The notes beneath the pieces were generated by a model. It saw nothing but the letters and a program-made list of their open reading frames with translations. It did not search any database and was not told where the DNA came from. Below are positions 39,649 to 50,500 of a stretch of 64,000 nucleotides of DNA, piece by piece. Position numbers and translations under genes: made by a program. The stretch's first letter is position 1, and each line of letters begins with the position of its first letter. The DNA is from Aplysia californica. Lineage: Eukaryota. Location of the stretch: assembly GCF_000002075.1 (NCBI RefSeq), contig NW_004797426.1:103807-167806 (forward strand), written 5' to 3'.

Positions 39649-40893
39649 ACAAAAAAAAGGAGTGAACCCGCGACCCCTTTGGAGTAGCTCGCACAATGGG
39701 GTCGGCTTACGATTAACTTGAAGGGGCCAAAACTTTGTATACAGGTATCAGATTAAGGTCAGTACAAATAGCAATTCAAAGAGAAACAAGAAAAATAGGG
39801 TCAACCTAGGTCATTCCATATTCAAAAAGGGGGATTACTATTTTATGGGGGGGGGGGGGGGGGGGGAACCATGACGTCTCGGACATACACAAGTGGTGCC
39901 TTCTTCGCACTGGGTGAAATTTGTGCAATGTAAAAAAAATTGTAGAAATAGGGAAAGTAGTTGTAGGTACGCATTCTTCAGTCCTTGTATATATGGAGTC
40001 AAATTGGTACTGTTCCAACAATTATAAAAAGGAAGAGAAAAATGCGGATGCATTCCAGACAGTTTTTTTCCGCCTGGATTCACCCCCGATTTTTAAGAAA
40101 AAATCTGTTTTTCATTATTATAATCATACCACCACAGTGGAAAAGCTATAGCAATATTAAGTGACAGTCTTATCACTTACACAACTCTTTGCCATATCCA
40201 CAGGCAGGAAGGGCTAGAACTCAAATGGCCGCTGAATCGTAAAGGTAAAGTAAGAGTATCACTTCCATCATACCATGTTTTTAATAGGAGCTAGTAAACC
40301 GTATAACTTATATCAGGTTCATATAATAGGACAAGGGTTTTCCATCTGTGTAAACTTGCTTATAGGGAGAATGAAGATTGATCATGGGTAACTGAAATAC
40401 TGACTTCTTCTGTACTTGTTAAATAATCATCAACAATATCCATGTTGCATACCAAGCGTTCAACAGAAACACATCTAAAATGAAAAGCTCTCAAGTTTTT
40501 AGTCTTATTTGGACACACAAACCTGAACGAAAGAAAAAATGTTGGTCGGACCTACATACAATTAAGGTTCAAGAAAAAATGGCCCCCAAGCACAAAACAA
40601 AAACAAAACAACAACCCCCCCGACCTCCCCCCCCCCCCCCAAAAAAAAGGTGAATAGGTACAGAGCGAAGAAGCGAAAAGCGAGAGCGGGGCGGTACAAT
40701 ATGATGAGCCGCCTCCACAACAGACCGCGAAATCTCTTTTGTGCGGCAGGCGATCCACCACCCTTTTGCGTCGTCCCCCCCCCCCCACCCCCTCACATTA
40801 TGCCTCGTGGTTTTTCTGCCTCTGCGCTTGGAACAAAAACATTCTCGTAAAACAAAAAAATAAATAAATAAACCGGCAGTACAAACTCTTGGG

Positions 40894-40998
40894 TTACTCC
40901 CGGGACTGATAAAACAAAATGTATCCAGATTCTGACGAGTTTTTCTGCATGTCTGATGGCACCCCATAGAATTCTTCGATTTGGCTGGCATCAATTTT
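40894..40998 (-). CDS. USP46: USP12/46 last coding exon
   Basis: [34 protein letters not shown]. Confidence 0.95.
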   Translation of the reverse strand, partial: KIDASQIEEFYGVPSDMQKNSSESGYILFYQSRE

Positions 40999-43900
40999 CT
41001 GAGGAGGTTTAAAAAAAAATGTTGTTTTTAAAGGCAAGAATTAGATTAAAGACAACTGCAAAAAGCAAAGAACATTAATCCTATCCATACGTCGTGTTTT
41101 ACTATCTTATCCATACAACGTGAGGAACTCTGTGCCCCCGGTTCTTGTATCTACAATAATGTCATTAAAGAATAAATAGGGTTAACATCTGTTTTTGATA
41201 TCATCATTGGAAGAATAAGGACGTATTTATATATATCTACAGTGTCATCATTGGAAGGATAAAGACGTAATTTACATCTGTGATGTCATCATTGGAAGAA
41301 TAAAGACGTATTTGTATCTTCATCATTGGAAGAATAAAGCCGTACTTACATCTATAACATCATCATCAAGGAAAAAAGCTGTACTCACATCTATAATATC
41401 ATCGTCAAAGGAATAAAGTAGTACTCACACCTACAATATCATCATCAAAGAAATTAAGTACTACTCACATCTACAATATCATCGTAAAAGAGAAAAAAGC
41501 GGTACTCACATCTACAATATCATCGTCAAAAAGCAGCCAAAAGCCGTGGCTTTTCACGATGCTGATGTAGTGACCTCGATTTGGTCCAGACCCACAATGC
41601 ACCACCACAGCCACTAGATCGTAGAGACGCTCGGGGTTGAAGGCATCGTCAGACTGAGAACAGCGAGTCACAGAAAAAAACTGTCTAGTGCATTTTTACG
41701 ATACAACAGCAACTCGATACCCTAGAATTACATAGTTCTATCTGCCCAGTACCTAGTTTTGAGAAATTTGACGTAAAAAATTGCTGAGTTTCACAACAGG
41801 TCGAGCTTAGTCGAAAGCAATTTTTAAAAATATATCTTGATGACGACTCCGAATAATCTTATGAATTTGATTGAGCAGATAGAAAATTAGCGCTGTATTC
41901 TTCATGGGTCTCAACTCAGAATTTTCAAAAAGGAGGAACTTTCTGTGGGATCGCGTCAGAAGACCATTTTCACGAGACACCCATTATTATTATACTGTTT
42001 AACCCTGGAACACTGAAAAAACCCATCAATTTACCAAAGCAAGGTTATTTAATAATATCAATTTGAGGGTCTGGAAGATAATTTCAAGGAAGAGTCACTT
42101 ACCAAATATTTACAATTTTGATTATGTACAGAAAAGTTGTGGTTTAGCGGAGGAAATGGTGGTAACGGAAATCCGCTAAATTGAGACGAGACCCATGATT
42201 CTTCCTGGGACGTGTTCTTAGGTCTGCTGGGGTAGTCAATGATAGTAAATAACAAGATGGGCCACTCAGCCAAAAAAGTGTCCGCAGGAAGTATGCTCTT
42301 TGCTTCAGATGGTGCTGCAGTCTGTTTTGAAGCTCTCTTTCGTTTTTCCANNNNNNNNNNNNNNNNNNNNNNNNNNNNNNNNNNNNNNNNNNNNNNNNNN
42401 NNNNNNNNNNNNNNNNNNNNNNNNNNNNNNNNNNNNNNNNNNNNNNNNNNNNNNNNNNNNNNNNNNNNNNNNNNNNNNNNNNNNNNNNNNNNNNNNNNNN
42501 NNNNNNNNNNNNNNNNNNNNNNNNNNNNNNNNNNNNNNNNNNNNNNNNNNNNNNNNNNNNNNNNNNNNNNNNNNNNNNNNNNNNNNNNNNNNNNNNNNNN
42601 NNNNNNNNNNNNNNNNNNNNNNNNNNNNNNNNNNNNNNNNNNNNNNNNNNNNNNNNNNNNNNNNNNNNNNNNNNNNNNNNNNNNNNNNNNNNNNNNNNNN
42701 NNNNNNNNNNNNNNNNNNNNNNNNNNNNNNNNNNNNNNNNNNNNNNNNNNNNNNNNNNNNNNNNNNNNNNNNNNNNNNNNNNNNNNNNNNNNNNNNNNNN
42801 NNNNNNNNNNNNNNNNNNNNNNNNNNNNNNNNNNNNNNNNNNNNNNNNNNNNNNNNNNNNNNNNNNNNNNNNNNNNNNNNNNNNNNNNNNNNNNNNNNNN
42901 NNNNNNNNNNNNNNNNNNNNNNNNNNNNNNNNNCCGCCTCATTTGCCATCTTTTTTAGTAGAGGGTTTTACGGCGCTCGCAACTGCATCAGGTCATACGA
43001 GCGCCAATCATTTGCCTTCTGCCTTTCCAGTGAGAGCAACATGTGTTCCTGAGATATCCCGCCAGCTATCGTGCTAGAACCCGTCTGCTGGGACATTTCA
43101 GTAACCCACTTTCAGCACTTTTTAAGGACCCCCGGGCGAATGTTGAGTTCCTGCGTGCTGTCGGCATCGCTGACCGTTTATGAAGCCACAGCGCCAGAAG
43201 AGAGAGAGAGAGAGAGTGAGAGCAAGAAGTGACAAAGTGTCCTTATGTTCAGTGAAGTGTCCCAGAAACCACATTTATTTATCACTTACCGTGTTGAAAA
43301 GGCGTAGTTCTAGGGGAAACACAACTCTGTAGGAGACCTTGATGTAGCGGTTTAAGTGCTCCATGTACTTGAAGCGTTTCAAGTGCAGGGCCAAAATCTG
43401 AGGCAATTTCTTCACTCGCATTCTGAAGAAGAGTAGAAAAAAAAAAAAAATTCAAATTAAAAACACAGTCCAAGGAAAAGAGAAGTATATCAATTAATCA
43501 ATATGAAAGAATTGTAATGTGATAGAAAAAAAAAGCCAAAGTATAGCATCACAAAATTTTGATTTTTTTTTTAATTTAAAAAATTAGCTGGCTTCAGAAA
43601 ACACATCTCTTCAAAAATAATATTATAAATTAATCTTTCCCACGACAAACAGAATATAATGCTCCTGGAACGTACTTCATAACACATCATCTCCAAGAAT
43701 CGTTCACTTAATGAAACAAAACAAAAATCTACACTTCAAAAAAAAAAAAGAAAGCTTTATATCTATAGTCTCACTTTGTATCTACACAATTCTGGCTTCA
43801 GGCGAAGAAGTAAGGGACAAAAAGAGTTGAAGACAAGATATTTAGTTTTAGTAAGAGTTTTACAAGCACTTGCAACACAATAAGGTCATATAAGTGCCGA

Positions 43901-44466
43901 AGATTAGAGGTGTTACAAGAGAGTAACAAACACAAAAAAGAAAGAGGGGAGATAGAGAAGATAAAACTTTTTATAGAAAAGAAGTAGCAAACCACACCAT
44001 GGGCACCCTACAACCACCCACTTCCTGGCTTCAGATGATAAAGTATGGGACAAAAAGAGTTGAAAAAACAAGATGTGGGGGAAACAAAAACAAAACAAAA
44101 CCACCACATTTAGAAAAAACTCAGATCAGAACAGTGCTGACCTCTTCTGCGCCTCTTGCTTGCTACAGCAGACCTCGCAGTAGTACTTGTGCTCCGAGCA
44201 CAGCGTCTCCGTGTTGCTGAAGCCCCTGAGGCAGTGTGTGATGGACGTGTTCTGCTCCACGTCCACGCTCAGGTCCAGGAAGTCCTCGTCTTTGCTGCTC
44301 ACCTGCAGGAACGGAAAGCAAAACATGGGAGGCACCGAGGTGAAATCAGGCGCTCGCATCAGAATATCATTGTGAGTATGTATCTAGCTTAAGATTATTA
44401 TTGTTTTATATTAATGTTAATTCGTATTATTATGCATGTGACTGCAAGCCTGCGTGTGTGAGTGCA

Positions 44467-44504
<38 letters not shown>

Positions 44505-47500
44505 TGGTGAAACATCAAACCAATACGCCAGGATCTGGACAATAAAGATATATTCTATCTTATCTTATCTATTTAATGAAATCAAAGGAACTGGCATATA
44601 TATATATTCACCGGTTTAGCAATTTTTATCGAGTTTTTGTTTTTTGGCTCTGCACCTTTTTATGCCCATTCAAAAACACATTTGTGTGTGGATTTTACCG
44701 AAAAACATTGATTAAATCCACAAAAAAAGTAAAATTTCAGTTTTTTATGACTTACTGTTTCACAATTAAGACATCTCGTCTCATTTGTCAAAGTTCCCTG
44801 AAATATGTCGTGGACCCACGTCGGATCTGGTTTAGCGTTGGCGTTGTTCTCCGTTCCTTTCTGGGCACCTTTCTTCTCCGCTGCAGAGTGAAGGACAAAA
44901 GAAGACAAAATTAACTAGGGCTTTCTATTCTTCCCTAGCGCAAAATGTTGACGTCTAAACATCTGAGAGAAGTAGGGGNNNNNNNNNNNNNNNNNNNNNN
45001 NNNNNNNNNNNNNNNNNNNNNNNNNNNNNNNNNNNNNNNNNNNNNNNNNNNNNNNNNNNNNNNNNNNNNNNNNNNNNNNNNNNNNNNNNNNNNNNNNNNN
45101 NNNNNNNNNNNNNNNNNNNNNNNNNNNNNNNNNNNNNNNNNNNNNNNNNNNNNNNNNNNNNNNNNNNNNNNNNNNNNNNNNNNNNNNNNNNNNNNNNNNN
45201 NNNNNNNNNNNNNNNNNNNNNNNNNNNNNNNNNNNNNNNNNNNNNNNNNNNNNNNNNNNNNNNNNNNNNNNNNNNNNNNNNNNNNNNNNNNNNNNNNNNN
45301 NNNNNNNNNNNNNNNNNNNNNNNNNNNNNNNNNNNNNNNNNNNNNNNNNNNNNNNNNNNNNNNNNNNNNNNNNNNNNNNNNNNNNNNNNNNNNNNNNNNN
45401 NNNNNNNNNNNNNNNNNNNNNNNNNNNNNNNNNNNNNNNNNNNNNNNNNNNNNNNNNNNNNNNNNNNNNNNNNNNNNNNNNNNNNNNNNNNNNNNNNNNN
45501 NNNNNNNNNNNNNNNNNNNNNNNNNNNNNNNNNNNNNNNNNNNNNNNNNNNNNNNNNNNNNNNNNNNTGCTTTCCTAGTGCCAAATGTTGATGTCTAAAC
45601 ATCTGAGAGAAGTAGGGGGGGGGGACTGCTATGACATAATAATAAACGTAATGTACACCCTAAGGGATGTTAAATATTAATATAGCTCTAAAGAATGATC
45701 AGCCATTAGTACTACATGAGAATAAATAATAATACTAACTTGATTTCATAAAAATATTTTAAAAAATGTGAAACACTGATCCCATGCACTTCATTAACAC
45801 TTTGCCACCACAAGGTTCAAATAGTAAAAACTCTTGCCATCAAGGGAAAAGGCATTTTGGGGGAAATCCAAACAAACTGAGTGGTAAACATCAACGATTG
45901 GCAAGGCGTGACGGCAGAGTGTTAAACAATCAACTGTTTAGAAGCACACCATTTTAAACCCACCGAGGGTGCAAAAACAGAAATTCATGTACAGAAAAGT
46001 GGGAAGACATGGAATAACATCAAGAGGCTAGCCCACGATAGAGAGAGGTGGAACATTTTTGTCTGTGGCCTTTACCCTGGTGCAGGGTGAGAAAGGCAAT
46101 GATGATGATGATGAGGAGGGAGCAAAAAGAATTGGGTTGCTATTGGTACAGAGACTTTTCTATATTTCTAATGAGTATGCGAAATGGAATGTCTCCGCAA
46201 AACCCTTAACATCACAAGTCGAGACAGGCAGAGAAATGAAAAGTAAGAGCAGCTATCGGCATTGAGTCCTGCCTGCATTACAAAGAAAGACAGAGAATAA
46301 AATGGATTGGCCACCTGTCACGTATGTCACCTGGCCAGCCAGCCTCGAGGGCCAACAACACCAAGCACTCAGGCTATAAAGGAAGAGGAAGGCCACGCAA
46401 AAGGTGGATCGAGGGTGTCAAGGAAACCCTGAGCAAACATAATATCACAACTGAAAGGCTGCGGAGCTGGCCCAAAATAGAAAACTGCATCTCTCCTCAA
46501 CACTTAACGGCAACAGAGGATGAAAAAGTTTTTTTTTAAAAGGTAAAAGAGAAAAAAAAATCTGTTGAGGGTACCTGTGAGTAGATCTGCCACTGTGTTG
46601 AGCAAATAGTTGAGGAACTCGTGGGCATCCTGCTGCAAGTAGTTGTCAAAGAGCTCTGTGAAAAAAAAAAAAATGACAGCAAAAGTGAAGTAAATATTTA
46701 TTTCTTTTACAACTGACATTTTTTTTTCGAGGAAAAGAGAAGTTGTCTCTTTAACGATGAGCAAACTGTTTGTTTGTTTGTTTGAGTAATGAGATGCACA
46801 TCGACACAATAATGGTCATTTAGTGTTGGGAAAAATTAAGACAGACAAAGAGAAACAAAGGGGAAAGTAAAGAAGTAGGACCTACCAGTGGCGCCCTCCA
46901 ACCACCCACAAATGAGCAAGCTAAGAAAACAGTGAAAAAAAAAAAATTCTTTTATCAGCCTNNNNNNNNNNNNNNNNNNNNNNNNNNNNNNNNNNNNNNN
47001 NNNNNNNNNNNNNNNNNNNNNNNNNNNNNNNNNNNNNNNNNNNNNNNNNNNNNNNNNNNNNAGATCTTGAAAGTCCAACCTTCCCAAACCTTTTTATAAT
47101 CAACAAGAGGAGGGAAAAAAATACATGAAACCACATCCACAGTAAAACAATAAACAGTGCCCCAGTCAACACTATCCTAATCCGCTCATCAAGGTTCTAC
47201 AGCAAACTTAGCAGTCGAGAAGTGAATGAAACAGCACCACGTACCATTTTCTTTTCGTAACCTCGTGATAAACTTTTTCGGCGCAAGGGTTCCCACTTTC
47301 TTCTTCTGCGTGGCAACGCTGTAAAACAGGTCGGCCAGACAGGTGAGAAGCGTCTCCTTCTTCTGGTTCTTGACCTGCTGCTTGTACTGCAGCACTTTCT
47401 CTCGAAACGGCCGGCAGAAGTAGAGCGCCTGCAGCACCGAGTTGCAGTAACACGTGTTGCCAAACTGTCGAGGAATATACACAGAACTAACGTAAGAATA

Positions 47501-50500
47501 CGAAGAACCTACTCAGTTTTAGTTTTAGTAAAAGTTTTACAGCACTCGTAACACAATAAGGTCGTATAAGTGCAGAAGATTAGAGATGTTACAAGAGAGT
47601 AACAAACACAAATAAAAAGGAGCAGAGATCAGGACGATAGATTTTTTCTAGGAAAGAAGGAGAAAACCACACCAGAACACCCGCCAACCACCCACAAGCT
47701 ACTCAGAACACAACGCACAAGACTCAAATAACACATGTACAGTTGTTTTATAAACTACTACAACCACCAAAATGACAGTGTGGGGAAGTGGGCCAAACTG
47801 CAGAACACATCCTTCAGCAGTGCAGGACACACAGAGCCCTGAGACAGGGAAATCACACACACACACGCACACACAAACACTGTATACACACACACACACA
47901 CACACACATCCTCCAGCAGCGCAGGACACACAGAGCCCTGAGACAGAGAACGTCGCCAACCCCATAAAAACACTACAAGAGAAGCTATACAAGCCAAAAG
48001 ATGAACTGAGCAGATGGCCCAGTATATGATAAATAATTGACTCCAAGTGTGATGTGACTGAAAAGAAGAAGGAGGAGGAGGAGGAGGAGGAGGAGAAGAA
48101 GAAGAGGCAAGAAGAAGAAGAAGAATTTTGAAAAAGAGGAGGAGGAGGAGGAGAAGAAGAAGAGGCAAGAAGAAGAAGAAGAGACAAGAAGAAGAAGAAA
48201 AGGCAAGAAGATAGAAGAAAAGAAAGAGGAGGAGGAAGAGGAGCCCAAGGATTCTCTTATCCTCTTGATGCCCATTGGGACACATGATGACATAAAAGAT
48301 CTGTTTTCACCTGGCAAGCTCTGTGTATTCAATTTTGGTATGACCACAACAGGCAATGAATGAATGCCTTGGTGCATCTGATACAGATTTACGATGAATT
48401 CAATTTCAATTCCCAAGCCACACACATTTAGACAGGGAAGTTAGAGCACAGGGCAAGTCAAGTCAAAGCTAAAAGAGACAATAAATAATAACAAATACAT
48501 CATTTTCTTCTTACATTGACCAATCCAAAGTAATGTTCATTGGTTGGGAACTGCTCCGAGCCAATTTCCTTCTCCAGCTGGGAAGCATTGGCCCCCTGAA
48601 GAAGATAAAAAGAGTGTGTGTCAATGTCAACAAGCCTGGAAGCATGAAACGAAACATCACAGGATGGCAAAATATATCAAAATGCACACAATGTTTATCA
48701 TAAATGACAGGAAACAATGCACATAAAAAATGTGACTTCGAACCTGTTAAACAAGGCTTGAGATGCTGAGAGTGAACCGGAAAAACTGGCCATTGAATTT
48801 CATGATGTAGGCCTATTTATATTTTTACTCCTTTTCATAAATAACAGAGGTTAGAAATTTCCCCTGACAATGTTAGCACTACAGAAAATCAACAGTGAGC
48901 TTTTCACAGTGCTATCAAAGGTAAGAAAGTGTTTGTCTTTTCTGTGGCATCATGTGAATCAGTAAGTTTTTGAAAATTTTACAAATAAACCTTTTAATTT
49001 ATTTAATTGTGCCAGATTATAAGGCTTGAAATAAATGACCAAAAAATCCTACCATTCAACTAGCAGGTTGTTTGAAATATATCTATTTAATTTTGCAAGT
49101 TAATCTATTAAAGTACTGTGTTATTTTTGGCCCTCATTTCCCTCTAAGTAGTGTGAGGCCCCGGTGATACCGGAGTCATTTATTCCTCAGGCCCAGGAAA
49201 TACTGAGGGTAGATCTGCAAATTTTTGCAGACATTTTAAAAATTGATTACTTTTGTCTTGATAAAAGTTTTAAAAGATAACATAGAATATTTTTCAGAGC
49301 CAATAGGATATATAGATTTTTTTTTAAACATGTGAGAAAAAAAAGAATGGCTTTTGATTATGTGCTTGGCTGGGAAAGTGGTTGCTGTTGTTGTAAAATG
49401 AGAATCTCTTCAAAGAAATAGTAAAATTGTATAACGTTTCATGCGGAAGTTTAATTTACACGAGGATGATCATTGGATGAAGCTATCGTAACATGTTGAC
49501 TGAGAACAAAATTTGAATTGCCTTTACAAAAACTCACAACCGACTTCAAAAGCACATTAGCAATGACAATGAAAAATTAAATTTTTGTCCAAATTGCTTA
49601 AAAATGGGCTTAAATGAAAATAAAGTAAATTCTAAGAACTATGGTTTTTAAATTTTAAAAATACATTGATAAATAAAAAAGTTATTGGTATTTTTGTTTG
49701 CAAAATGCTGGAGGACCTTCATATAGGAAAAAAATCACCAAGATGTGGGACATGTCTTGATGTATTTTGAGGAAAAACTGTTCATAAGTCAGTAATGAAT
49801 TGGAGCATATGAATGAAACTTGGTATCTCCATGTAATTTTTAGTGCCGAATCTAGTTCTGCTATCACTTTTTCGATGTCTTTTTTACTTTGGATCTTAAA
49901 GACTGATATTTGCGTGATATTTGTTGAATTGCGTGACATCATTTTTACCGCGACGCGATCACCCCTTCTAAAACTCAGTAAAGCGCTATCCGGAAAACCC
50001 GCGATGTAGTCATCGGTGACCTATTTGGTTATAGGCAGCCAATCACATGCCGCCTAGAAAATCTACTAAACGCTGAGATCTGAAATTTTACAGCAATAAA
50101 GAAGACATGTGGGGCGCTTGTGTGGTCAGCGATCAACCCGCAGCTCCGCTTAGTTTTCGAACCGCAGAGGAAAATTCACACAAACACGGCAATATCTCCG
50201 GTTCTAGTAATCGTTCGGGATTGTACGCTGGCATGTCGTTAGTTTAACTTTTCCTCTGGTTGGTTGCCGAGTTCCATTCATTTTCGTCCAGGAGTTTTCC
50301 CGTAACCATACTTAGAAGAGAGTCACTTCTGATTCCGAGCCCAAAAATTACCCCTCGCGCGGAGGCCGATTTCCGGCCCAAGGCGCAGCGGGCGATTGAA
50401 ATTGCTAAGCACATGAAATTCTTTGTCTCTTGACAAATTCAAGGAATTTTTACAGTAAGTATGAATAACTTTGACCCTCTTTCTTTCGTCTTATTTATTC

